This document shows, piece by piece, positions 1-12,200 of a DNA stretch of 64,000 nucleotides. The position numbers and the translations under genes are program-made. The notes under the pieces were generated by a model. The model had not been told where the DNA came from. It saw nothing but the letters and a program-made list of their open reading frames with translations, and did not search any database. The stretch's first letter is position 1; every line of letters begins with the position of its first letter. The DNA lies in contig CM126204.1 of the NCBI GenBank assembly GCA_052327205.1, forward strand, positions 257,238,001-257,302,000, written 5' to 3'. Source of the DNA: Somniosus microcephalus (taxonomy: Eukaryota).

Positions 1-17
1 TTGACTAAATTTTCGAC

Positions 18-3000
18 ATGGAGCAAATCTTGAAGCCGGAACGTTTAGACCTGGATCCTCAAGCAGCAGATGCTGCCAATAACTTTGAACACTGGCTGAG
101 CTGTTTCGAAGCCTTCCTGGAGGCCTCCAGCACTACCGTCACTACAGATGACGCGAAACGGCTTGTCTTGAACTCACGGGTGAGCCACCGAGTCTACTCG
201 ATCATCCGAGACGCCACAACTTACGCGGCCGCCATCGCGACGCTAAAGGAACAATACGTGAGGCCTGTTAACAAGGTTTACGCCAGACACCACCTGGCTA
301 CCCGAAAACAGCGCCCCGGGGAATCGGGCGCCGAATATTTACTGGCACTGAGAGTCCTCGGCCGGGCCTGTAATTGCAAAGCGGTGACAGCCAAGGAATG
401 CACGGAAGACCTGATCCGAGACACCTACGTAGCCGGCATCAGGTCCAACTATACACGGCAGAGGCTGCTGGAACAGAGGGGGCTTGACCTGCAGAAGACG
501 GTGGCCCTCGCTAACTCGTTAGATGTGGCCCTCCAGAACATGGACGCCTACCCCCCTGACCGGATGGCCATGTGGATGTCACGGGAGCAGCCATCTTGGG
601 ACCCGGTAAGGCCACAAGCCGCCAGCAGCCCAACTACAGCTGCAATGACCAGAGGCCAGAAATGCTACTTCTGCGGCCAACCCAAGCACCCCAGACAGCA
701 ATGCCCCAGCAAAGGACGCGACCTGCTCCAAATGCGGCAAGAAAGGCCACTACGCGAGAGTCTGCAGGGCGAAATCGACCCCCAATTCCAGCAGCGCCGC
801 GTGTGAACCGTGCAGGCCGCCATTTTGGACCCCACCAACCACGTGTGAGCTGTGCGGGCCGCCATTTTGGGCACCACCAGCCGCGGGGGAGCCGCCATCT
901 TGGACACCATTTCGGGACCAGGCCCCCGGCGCGGGCGAATACTACAGCGACCCACCGACCTCGACGATGGCCTCCATCACCCTGGACCAATCTAGGCCCC
1001 GTCAACTAGCCAGGTCCATGATGAACGTAAAGGTAAATGGCCATGCCACAAATTGCCTTTTCGACTGCGGAAGCACGGAGAGCTTCGTCCACCCCGACAC
1101 GGTGCGACGCTACTCCCTATCGGTTATGCCCACACGCCACCAGGTCTTTATGGCCTCAAAGTCCCATACGGTGGACGTCGGCGGCTACTGTGTAGCGACT
1201 CTGACAGTGAACGGCGTGGAGTACAGAGATTTTAAATTCCTCGTCCTGCCACAGCTCTGCACTCTCGTACTGCTAGGATTAGACTTCCAGTGCCATCTGG
1301 AGAGCGTCACGATGGCATATGGCGGGCCCCTGCCCCCACTTACAGTCTGCAGCCGGCAGAATTTAAACACGGCGCCGCGCAAAGTATGCAGCCTGTCCAC
1401 CCTGAAGGTCAAACCCCCCCGTTGTTCGCTAACCTCGCCAAAGACTGCAAGCCAATTGCTACTAAAAGCAGGCGGTACAGTGCCGGGGATAGGAGCTTTA
1501 TTAAATCAGAAGTAGAAAGACTCCTGAGGGAAGGGATTATCGAGGGCAGCACCAGCCCATGGTGAGCCCAAGTGGTGGTAGTGAAGACCGGCGAAAAACA
1601 GCGCCTGGTTATTGATTACAGCCAGACGATCAATCGATACACGCAATTAGACGCATACCCACTTCCCCGCATATCTGACATGGTCAACCAGATAGCACAA
1701 TACCGGGTATTCTCGACAATTGATCTGAAGTCGGCATACCACCAGCTCCCCATCAGGCCTGAGGACCGCCAGTACACGGCCTTCGAGGCTGACGGTCGCC
1801 TCTACCACTTCCTCCGAGTCCCCTTTGGCGTCACCAACGGGGTCTCGGTCTTCCAAAGGGAGATGGACCGGATGGTTGACCAGAACGCACTGCAGGCCAC
1901 CTTCCCCTATCTAGACAACGTCACCATCTGCGGCCATGACCGGCATGACCACGACGCCAACCTAGAAAAATTCCTCCGTACGGCCCAACGGCTGAATCTG
2001 ACATACAACAGTGAAAAATGTATGTTCCGCACCACGCGCCTCACTATTCTTGGCTGCGTGGTGGAAAACGGAGTCATCGGCCCCGACCCCGACCGAATGC
2101 GCCCCCTCCTGGAACTACCCCTCCCCCACTGCCTAAAAGCCCTGAAGAGATGCCTAGGGTTCTTCTCTTACTACGCCCAGTGGGTGCCCAACTATGCGGA
2201 CAAAGCCCGGCCCCTCATCAAGTCAACCTCCTTCCCCCTGACGGCAGAAGCCCGTGCGGCCTTCACCCTCATAAAAGAGGACATTGCGAAGGCCACAATG
2301 CACGCAGTGGATGAGTCCATCCCTTTCCAAGTGGAGAGCGATGCATCCGACTTCGCCCTAGCCGCAACCCTTAACCAGGCGGGGAGACCCGTGGCCTTCT
2401 TTTCACGGACCCTCCAGGGCCCCGAAATTCGACACTCCTCAGTCGAGAAAGAGGCCCAGGCGATAGTGGAGGCTGTACGGCACTGGAGGCATTACCTGGC
2501 CGGTAAACGTTTCACCCTGCTCACTGACCAACGGTCAGTAGCATTTATGTTTAACAACAGACAAAGGGGGAAAATCAAAAATGATAAGATATTGCGGTGG
2601 AGGATCGAGTTATCCACCTACAACTACGATATCTTATACCAGCCCGGGAAACTTAATGAGCCCCCAGACGCCCTATCCTGTGGGACATGTGCCAACGCAC
2701 AAGTCGATAGGCTACGGACCCTCCACAATGATCTCTGCCACCCGGGGGTCACCAGGTTCTTCCATTTTATTAAAGCTCGCAACCTGCCTTACTCCATCGA
2801 GGAGGTCAGGACCATGACCAGGAACTGCCAGGTCTGCGCCGAATGCAAACCGCATTTTTATAGGCCACACAGGGCACACCTGATTAAAGCCACCCGCCCC
2901 TTCGAACGTCTCAGCGTCGATTTCAAGGGGCCCCTTCCCTCCTCTGACCGCAACACGTACTTCCTCAATATTATTGACGAGTACTCCCGTTTCCCCTTCG

Positions 3001-3810
3001 CCATCCCCTGCCCGGACATGACCAGCGCCACAGTCATCAGGTGCCTCAGCGACCTGTTCGCCATATTTGGCATCCACAGTGACAGGGGCTCGTCGTTCAT
3101 GAGCGACGAGCTGCGCCAGTACCTGCTCAAGAAGGGCATAGCCACGAGCAGGACTACCAGCTACAACCCCCCGGGGTAACGGACAGGTAGAGAGGGAGAA
3201 CGTAACGGTGTGGAAGACCGCCATGCTCGCCCTAAAATCCAAGGGCCTCCCAATCTCCCGCTGGCAAGATGTCCTCCCCGATGCGCTCCACTCCATACGA
3301 TCACTGCTCTGTACTGCCACAAACGCCACCCCTCACGAGAAGATGTTCGTCTTCCCCAGGAAATCCACCTTGGGGACATCACTACCGCCATGGCTGACGT
3401 CTCCGGGACCCGTCCTGCTCAGGAAACACGTGAGGAGCCATAAGACGGACCCCCTGGTCGAAAAGGTTCACCTCCTCCACGCCAACCCACATTACGCCTA
3501 CGTGGCGTATCCTGACGGGCGGGAGGACACAGTCTCAATTCGAGACCTCGCACCCTCAGGTACCACCCGAAACACCATCGATCACCATCCACTACCTCCA
3601 CCCACCACCACTACCCACGACGCACCACCGGGGTGTCTACCACAAACTGACGACATGCCGGTGCCATCCCTACCCCGAGAGGACGACACGCCAGTGCTCT
3701 GTCCCACGCGAGAAGCGGCCGCGGGCAAAGAACCGCCGCAACCGGCACCACGAAGATCATTACGGCAGACAAGACCCCCCCCGGAGAGACTTTCGTATAC
3801 GAACTTTTGA
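18..3810 (+). pseudogene. Gypsy gag-pol polyprotein, disrupted
   Basis: Split over ORFs 18-806, 967-1515, 1290-1565, 1572-3179 and 3208-3810; frameshifts near 700, 1415 and 3170; in-frame TGA at 1563-1565. Confidence 0.9.
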
Positions 3811-3853
3811 AACACTTCACCCCGCCGGACTCTTTTTTTAAACGAGGGGTGAA

Positions 3854-4099
3854 TGTGGTAAACCACTGCTAACTCTGTACATGTCTGTGTGGTAAACCAC
3901 TGTTAACTCTGTACAGGTCCGGGCATGTCTCCGCCCCTGGCTCCACCCCTAAGCCCGGGTATAAAGGTGACTCACCACCCTTCCCCCGGGAGCTCTTAGG
4001 ATGGATCCACTAGCAGAGGCATGCTCCAGTTCTTAGTCAATAAAAGCCTACTTCGTATAAGTTCAACTCGTAGTCTTTGGTGTTGTTGATAGTGCATCA
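3854..4099 (+). repeat. 3' LTR of the Gypsy element (~246 bp)
   Basis: Starts TGTGGT right after the PPT and ends GCATCA; TATAAA at 3960 and AATAAA at 4039. Confidence 0.8.
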
Positions 4100-5112
4100 T
4101 TACTCAGATGAGATTGTTGCAAACTGTCAGGTTGACACTGCATTTATTGTAAGAAGGGATGCTGTAAGGGAAATTCTTCTAAATGTTTATAATTAGTGTA
4201 ATAAAACATCCTTTTCTTGGTTGAAGCTCTTGGAAAATGATGTGTAGTAGAAAAGCTAAACACATTAATGGCTTATGTGTATGATATGATCTCAGAAGGA
4301 CAATAAAATGTAGCATTTATACTGCTACTTTTGTATCAGTTTTGGACACCCATCAACATAAAAGTAGAAAAGTAACTCTGGAGTTGGGTTCTAATCTGAA
4401 CCCCAAGTGCGTCACTCGAGCAGTGTGAGATAACTGTTCTGACTGGTCTGAGCTTGCACTGGATGCAGCATACTCTTGTTGGACCTCCTGGAAACTCTTA
4501 AAACTGTGCATGGGATGCTTTTTAATATTATGAGAAAGCAGACCTTCCCAGCATTAAAAAAAAACTGCTCAGTGGGCAGAGCGCCTTTGTACTTGACCAC
4601 TGTGTGACGTTAGCTAAGCTCAGTTGGCATTCTAATTTTGGTCTGCTAAACGTGCATAGCACGCCATGGATGTGATTTGAGACTGGTAGCTGCAAAATAG
4701 CTGCAGCTTGATTTCCCTGGGGTTCCTCCGTAATTCAGGATCCTACTTTGAATTTTGTGCAAATCTCTAAAATGTTATTTATTGTTACCCTTAGTAATAA
4801 TTTTTAAATAAATAAATGAAAGAAAGAAGTGATATCCCATGTTAATCTCTTAATCCTGGAGAAACCCCTGTTAATTTTCTTAAAATCTGTCACAGTTCTT
4901 CAGGGATCTAGTAATGTGGGTTTCTTTAAAGTGATTTCAGCGTGGATTATTTTGGTTCCTTCTTAGCACTATTATTAGTGCGCAGATGTAAACTCTAGAA
5001 GATCTGAAAACCAAATAATAAAATTTACATTAAATTTTGCACGCTGTAGTAGAGGCAAATAGCATGTGCATTGGAGGGGAAGCTGGATAAGTACACGAGG
5101 GAGAAACAAATA

Positions 5113-5435
5113 CAGGAAACTTTTTTATCCGGGACCGACGTGGTGCCGGTTCATCAAAAATTCCGGATAGCCGAGAGCTATAGTAAAACATATGGAGAGC
5201 TGAGAGCTCCGTATAAAGCAACAAACCCTGTTGCTTAGCAACAGGTGCAGAACAATGGCCACAAGTTCCAAGCGTCTCTGTAGCTTAGCAACAGCTGCAG
5301 CCACACCCTTGCACAGCAACAGATCGAGGAAGGCAAGTACAATATGAAGTAAAACTTACCTGAACCTACTCCTGAATTTTGCCGGTTAACCGAGATTTCC
5401 GGTTATTTAGGTGCCGGTAAATCGAAAGTTTCCTG
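5113..5435. mobile_element. Tc1/mariner-pogo (Tigger-like) MITE, copy 1
   Basis: TIR CAGGAAACTTT...AAAGTTTCCTG flanked by TA duplications; related copies at 26630 and 33922. Confidence 0.85.
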
Positions 5436-5685
5436 TAGAAGGATATGCTGATCGGGTTAGATGGTAGGGTGGGAGGAGGTACATTTGGTGCATAAACACC
5501 AGCATAGACCAGTTGAGCTGAATGACCTGTTTCTGTCCTGTAAACTCTATGTTACTTAGTAGGGCAATAAAAAAGGAATATAGTCATCTTTTTGTAAAGT
5601 TTAGCCTGGGTATTTATTTATAAAATATATACTGTATACTTTTTCCATTCAACAGTGTATCACAGATGGACTCAAAGCTGTTAGA

Positions 5686-6271
5686 ATGCCATCGGAATTG
5701 GAAGTGCACCAGATCGAGCCATTGAATGAGCAGCAAGTACTAAACTCTGAAGGTGGTTACGTGTGGCACGTGACCGACATGACCCGCCTGCGCCGGTTTC
5801 TCTGTTTTGGTTCTGAGGGTGGAACATACTACACCAATGAGGAAAAGCTTGGGAAAGAAAATGCTCAGGCCATATTGAGACTGATCGAAGAAGGTAAAGG
5901 GGCTGAGGTTGTCCAGGAGATAAAGACATTCGGTATTGAAGGAAGGGCAGTCACACAAGATCCTACTTTGTTCACCTTGGCTCTTTGTACACAATGCTCA
6001 GATGCTTCCACAAAACAAGCTGCATACAAAGCTCTGGCTGAAATCTGTCGCAATCCAACCCATCTATTCACATATATCCAGTTCAGAAAGGATCTGAGTG
6101 GAGGGATGAAATGTGGTATATGGGGAAGAGCCCTGAGGAAAGCAGTGGCAAACTGGTACAACAGTAAAGATGGGATGGCTATTGCAATGGCAGTTACAAA
6201 GTACAAGCGGAGAGCAGGATGGTCACACAAAGATTTGCTTCGGTTGTCACATCTGAAGCCAGCTAATGAAG
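5686..6271 (+). CDS. RO60: RO60 coding exon 1
   Basis: ATG at 5686; LNSEGGYVW...HLKPANE; donor G|gtcagt. Confidence 0.95.
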
Positions 6272-9200
6272 GTCAGTAATAATATTGTGTAGCACTGATT
6301 TTTCTCCCCCAACTTTCTCACCTCCTGTCTAGAAGCTGCCTAAAGTGACTGACCATCTGATAATTTAAATTTCCTTCCCTCTTGGGATCGTGCCCTGACC
6401 AGCAATATATTGACTTGGAAATCGCATTGGTCCTACCATTCATTGCTAGAGGAATTGAATGAACGTATGATTACCCAGCAAGTTAGAATCAATACATACA
6501 GCGGGAACAGTACCATAGTGGTAATATTACTGGGCTAGTAATGCAGGAACCTGGACTAATGATCCAGAGAAGTGAGTTCAAATCCCACCTCGGCAGCTGG
6601 GGAATTTAAACTCAGTTAATTAAATAAATCTGGAATGAAAAGCTAGTATCAGTAATGGTGACCATTAAACTATCGGATTGTGGTTAAAAACCCATCTGGT
6701 TCACTAACGTCCTTTAGGGAAGGAAATCTGCCATCCTTACCTGGTCTGGCCTGTATGTAACTCCAGACCCACAGCAATGTGGTTCACTCTTGACTGCCCT
6801 CTGAAATGGCCTAGCAAGTCACTGTGTTGTAACAAACCGCTATGAGAAGCAATAATAAGGATTAAAAAAGCGGACAGACCACCCGGCATCAACCTCTGCG
6901 CCAGCTACGGACACGGCAACGGCACACCCAGCCCAGTCGACCCTGCAAAGTCCTCCTCACCAACATCTAGGGACTTGTGCCAAAATTGGGAGAGCTGTCC
7001 CACAGACTAGTCAAGCAACAGCCTGACATAGTCATACTCACAAAATCATACCTTTCAGCCAATGTCCCAAACTCCTCCATCACCGTCCCTGGGTATGTCC
7101 TGTCCCACCGGCAGGACAAACCCACTAGGGGTGGCGGCACAGTGGTATACAGTCAGGTTGAGTGTCCTCAACATTGATTCCGGACCCCATGAAGTCTCAT
7201 GGCTTCGGGTCAAGCATGGGCAAGCAAACCTGCTAATTACCATCTACTGCCCTCCCTCAGCTGATGAATCAGTACTCCTCCATGTTGAACACCACTTGGA
7301 AGAAGCAATGAGAGTAGAATGTACTCTGGGTGGGGGACTTCAAGAGTGGCTCGGTAGCACCACGACTGACCGAGCTGGCCTGGAGGACATAGCTGCCAGT
7401 CTGGGCCTGCGACAGGTGGTGAGAGAACCAACGCGAGGGAAAAATCGACCTCGTCCTCACCAATCTACCTGTCACAGATGCATCTGTCCATGACAGTCCC
7501 GTCTTCACACTGCGGACACCCTCCATTGTGTTGTATGGCACCCCCACCGTGCTAAATGGGATTCAGAACAGATCTAGCAGCTCAAAACTGGGCATCCATG
7601 AGGCTCAGCAGAACTGTATTCCACCACAATCTGTAACCTCATGGCCTGGGGTTATCCGTCACTCTACCATTATCATCAAGCCAAGAGACCAACCCTGGCT
7701 CAATAAGGAGTGTAGAAGAGCATGCCAGGAGCAGCACCAGGCATACCTAAAAATGAAATAACTACAGAAAATGCTGGAAATACTCAGCAGGCCAGGCAGC
7801 ATCCGTGGAGAGAGAAACAGAGTTAACGTTTCAGGTCTGGGACCCTTCATCAGAACTGGAAAAAGCTGGAGATGTAACATATTAAGCAGGTGCAGAGACA
7901 GAGACAGCTATGCCTGCCTGTTCATGGGACATGTGGAACATTCTTTGTTCCAGTCCTACTCAGGTCCCCTCCCTCCCCTCTTTTTCCGGTACATCAATGA
8001 CTGTATTGGTGCCGTTTCCTGCTCTCGCCCTGAACTGGATAAGTTCATCACTGTCATTACCCAGAGCTAAGAAGTAAGGCACTTCTACATATCCAAAAAA
8101 GCAGTAAAATATGGAGAGATGGGCAGTCAATATTAAATTCACAAAACAATTTAATTGTAACAGTAAGAGCTTGTTTCTGCTATTGGAATAGACCTTTCTA
8201 ATAAATTCCTGACTATATACAGCAGTGGTGCCACTAATAAGTAACCATGCGAGAAACTTTAACCTTTTTTTTAATAAAACTTGTTGAATCTGGTACTTTG
8301 CCTTTAATATTCTTTTAGACCTTGCATCTCTAACTGACTAAAAGAGCAGGTGGGCAAGCAACTGTAGACTATGTCCAACCTCCGCTAACACTGTTGTGTG
8401 GCTCGTCAGTAGGCATTGCTAAAGTAAGACCCAAGGTCTGCACTGATGCATTTTCTTTCTGTCCTTTTCATTGTTGTGCTTGAACCAGTCAAGATCGCAC
8501 CAATTCATCCTCTAGGAGATGTCAAGGCTGCGTACTTTTAAACTTAGGTGTCATTTATACAGTACTAGCTGGGGGAGCCCGGCTTTGCCAGGGCTGTTTT
8601 GGGCCGGGCGGTTTAAATCGAGTGCGAGGCTTTGGGGCCTCTCTGTGTCCCTCTGTGAATCTGCTGCCAGGCAACATTTTAAATCGAGTCCCAGGCTTTT
8701 GGGCCCTGTCTGTGTCCCTTTGTGAATCTGCTGCCGGGCAACATTTCTACCTTTTAATACCTTGAAAGATGAAAGTGAAAGTACTTATAAAACGTTTTTG
8801 GTAAATCTTATGTTATTTTTAAAAGAGATACTAACTTTTTCAAAGCTGGATGATCAAAGTAGTTTGAGCTGGAAGCAGTGAAACAATGGCTGCCACATCC
8901 CTGAGATGAAAACGATTAGTCCCGCCCACACACACACACCGATTGGCCAACCATCAGGGGACCGTACTGTAGGATTGGTCAATCGTGACGGCACAGGATT
9001 GGTCGAACCTTGACGTCAGTCAATCAATGCTAAGTAGCAGATAATGAGTTTAATTTTGAAGGTTTTTTGCATAAGGCGCGAACAATTTTCATCCGACCGA
9101 AAAGTAAATACGCTTGCGACCGTCCCGGAACCGTAAGCTTTCTTTGGAGGTAACGCGCGTAGGTAGGCTCTATAACTTTCGAGCGCATAGCCGGACAGAC

Positions 9201-12200
9201 GCACACCCGAGGACAGACAGACAGAAGGACAGACAGATAGACAGACAGACAGAACGACTCGTTTATATATATAGATAATGTTTGTTAATCGCCTTCTAGC
9301 TTTTGCCTCCTGACTAGAAGACAAGTTTAAATTGTATTTTAGTCTGGTTTTCACACTCCGCCTTCCTGTGCAAGGATGAGTTTGGACCAGTCCTTGGTTA
9401 TTTGCATGTAAGCGATGGTTTGGTGCAAAAAGAAAGGGCCTGGGGAGAAATCCTATACTGAATTGCTTGAGTGCCCTTGGTGCTGTTCTATGGATGTCTC
9501 TGGGCTGGATCATCTCATCCGACTGACTAAGAAGGTTGAGGAGATATGGGCATAACTTGGGTGTGTTGGCGGGGAAAGAGAGGAATTGCAATATGTATCC
9601 AGCTTTCTGAGGATTAACGAATAAATAATTTCACTTAAATTGTGGTTGCCTGCCAATAAAAATGTATAATTGAAAGAGTTGTACTTCTCGATTTTGAATA
9701 ATGAATCAGTGCCCTACAAAGCTAGGTGGGAAACTAAGCTGTGAGGAGGACACAAAGAACCTGCAAAGGGATATAGACTGGTTAAGTGAGTGGGCAATAA
9801 GGTGGCAGATGGAGAGATTGTGAGAAACTATTAAATGTTGGTGTTCAGAGAGATTTAGGTGTCCTCGTACAGGAAACGCAGAAAGTTAGCATGCAGGTGC
9901 AACAAGCAATGCGGAAGGCAAATGGTATGTTGGCCTTTATTGCAAGGGGGTTGGAGTACAAGAGTAAGGAAGTCTTGCTACAATTGTACAGGGCTCTGGT
10001 GAGACCACATCTGGATTACTGTGCACGGTTTTGGTCTTCTTACCGAAGGAAGGATATACTTGCCTTAGAGGCGGTGCAACGAAGGTTCACTAGATTGATC
10101 CCTGGGATGAGAGGGTTGTCCTATGAGGAGAGATTGAGTAAATTGGGCCTATACTCTCTCGAGTTTAGAAGAATGAGAGGTGATCTCATTGAAACATATA
10201 AAATTCTGAGGGGGATTGACAGGGTAGATGCTGAGAGGTTGTTTCCCCTGGCTGGAGAGTCTAAAATTAGGGGGCATAGTCTCAGGATAAGGGGTCGGCC
10301 ATTTAAGACAGATGAGGAGGAATTTCTTCACTTAAAGGGTTGTGAATCTTTGGAATTCTCTACCACAAAGGGCTGTGACTGCTGAGTCTTGGGGCTCAAT
10401 TTTAACTCAGCCGTCAGGTGGGCTTTGAGGCGTGTAGGGGGTTAAAATCGCAGAACCTGGGGGTCGGGACCCCCCCGCCTGGTTCCCGACACCTAGCCAT
10501 TTTAACCCAGGCGTGTCTGATGGTCCCGAATCAGTCCCGCCTGCAACAGGCGGGACTAGTCTTTAGGGCCCTTAAACAGCACTAATTGGCCTTTATATTC
10601 CCATTTTAACAGGCCCTTGCCTGTTTAACCCTTTTCCCACATAAAACACGCCTGGTGGGGATCACGCCTGTGAAACCTGGCGTGAGCACTATTGGCTTGC
10701 TGACTATCAGCTGCAGGTCAACCATTAAAAAGGAGATTTGATCATCATTTGCAGGTGGCAGGACTTTGTTGTCTCAGGCCTGGGGCAACTTTTACCAGGA
10801 TTAACCACACCTGTGGAAGGTTGGAGTCTCACACACTTCTCCAGTGTGACCTCCTGCGAAACCCCTCTCGCCACCCTCACTCAGCGTTTCCTCAACTGAG
10901 GCATCTACCAGAAGTATGGGGGGCCTTTTTTTTCCTTCCCTTCTTGGCATTAGAGGACCTCCAGCACCAGGCGCGGCAGCAGCAGAACCAGGAACAACAG
11001 CAGGAGCAGGAGCGACAGGCTGCTGCTCACCCACCTGAGGCAGCACAGGCCAGAAGGGGCCAGCGCATGGAAGCCCGTCGGCGCAGGAGATACCTCCCAA
11101 ACAGGGTCTACAGACACAGGGTCAGCTACCTCAACATGACTGAGCAGCAGTGCCAAAGGCAGCTCTGACTTTCGCGACAGGTAGTGACTGACATCTGCGC
11201 AATGATACAGCAAGACCTGCTGCCCAGAGGACCAGGTGGACACTCCTTACCAGTGGCCATCAAAGTCACCACCGCACTCAACTTTTTTGCCTCAGGCTCA
11301 TTCCAGGGATCAGCAGCAGACATCAGTGGCATCTCCCAGTTGGCCGCACACACTTGCATCACGCAGGTAACCGATGCCCTCGCGCACAATCACATCCATT
11401 TCACCAGGGATCGCGCAAATGTGACGGCGCGAGCAGTTGGATTAGCTCATCTGGCAGACTTTCCAAGGGTGCAGGGCGTTATTGACTGCACACATGTGGC
11501 CCTTAGGGCACCCCATCACAATCCAGGTATTTTTGTCAACCGCAAGGGTTTCCACTCCCTTAACGTTCAGCTTGTGTGTGACCACAAGAAGGAGATTTTG
11601 CACGTTTGTGCCAAGTACCCTGGCAGTTGCCATGACTCCTTCATACTGCGCCAGTCTAGTGTGCCTCCACTATTCAGTCCGCCGGACCAACTTCACGGAT
11701 GGCTGCTTGGAGACAAGGGCTATCCCCTGAGGACTTGGCTAATGACGCCATTGAGGAGGCCAGCCAACGAAGCTGAGGAGCGCTACAACTCCAGCCACAA
11801 GATCCGCCATCGAGCAAACCATCAGCTTGCTGAAGATGCGCTTCAGATGCCTGGATAGATCAGGTGGAGCCCTACAGTACTCAGCAGCCAGGGTCGCCAG
11901 AATCGTTGTGGTTTGCTGTGCACTCCACAACATGGCACAGCGTCGTGGCTTGCAGGTTCCTGAGGACCAAGTGGCTTCTCGCATACCCTCCTCATGATGA
12001 TGATGATGAGGAGGCGGAGGAGGAGGGCGAGAATGAGCATCCTGCAGAGGCCCATCAACCAGCGGCAGCATTACGTGAGAACATTGCTGCCCGGGATGCA
12101 AGGAACGCACTCATCCTGGCCAGATTTGCTTAGCCTAGTAAATCAAACTCTTTTGCCTCACAGCTTCTTACCTGAGCATCGACAATGGCCAAACCCTGCA

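Larger units (their letters stand above)
1..4099 (+). mobile_element. Ty3/Gypsy LTR retrotransposon (5' LTR outside the window; internal region plus 3' LTR)
   Basis: Gag with CCHC knuckle (CYFCGQPKHPRQQC), protease (LFDCGS), RT (YLDN), RNase H (SDASD), integrase (HLCH..CQVC, SDRG) in Gypsy order; purine tract AAACGAGGGGTGAA just before the LTR. Confidence 0.95.

Noticed and set aside
1563-1565. Programmed readthrough or frameshifting in Gypsy pol
   Set aside because: The TGA is in the conserved SPW-R-A RT motif (likely CGA decay), and several frameshifts fall inside domains, consistent with decay.
10916-12133. Domesticated HARBI1 or NAIF1/MSANTD host genes
   Set aside because: The ORFs lie within TIRs and TSDs and carry stops and frameshifts, so they are transposon copies.
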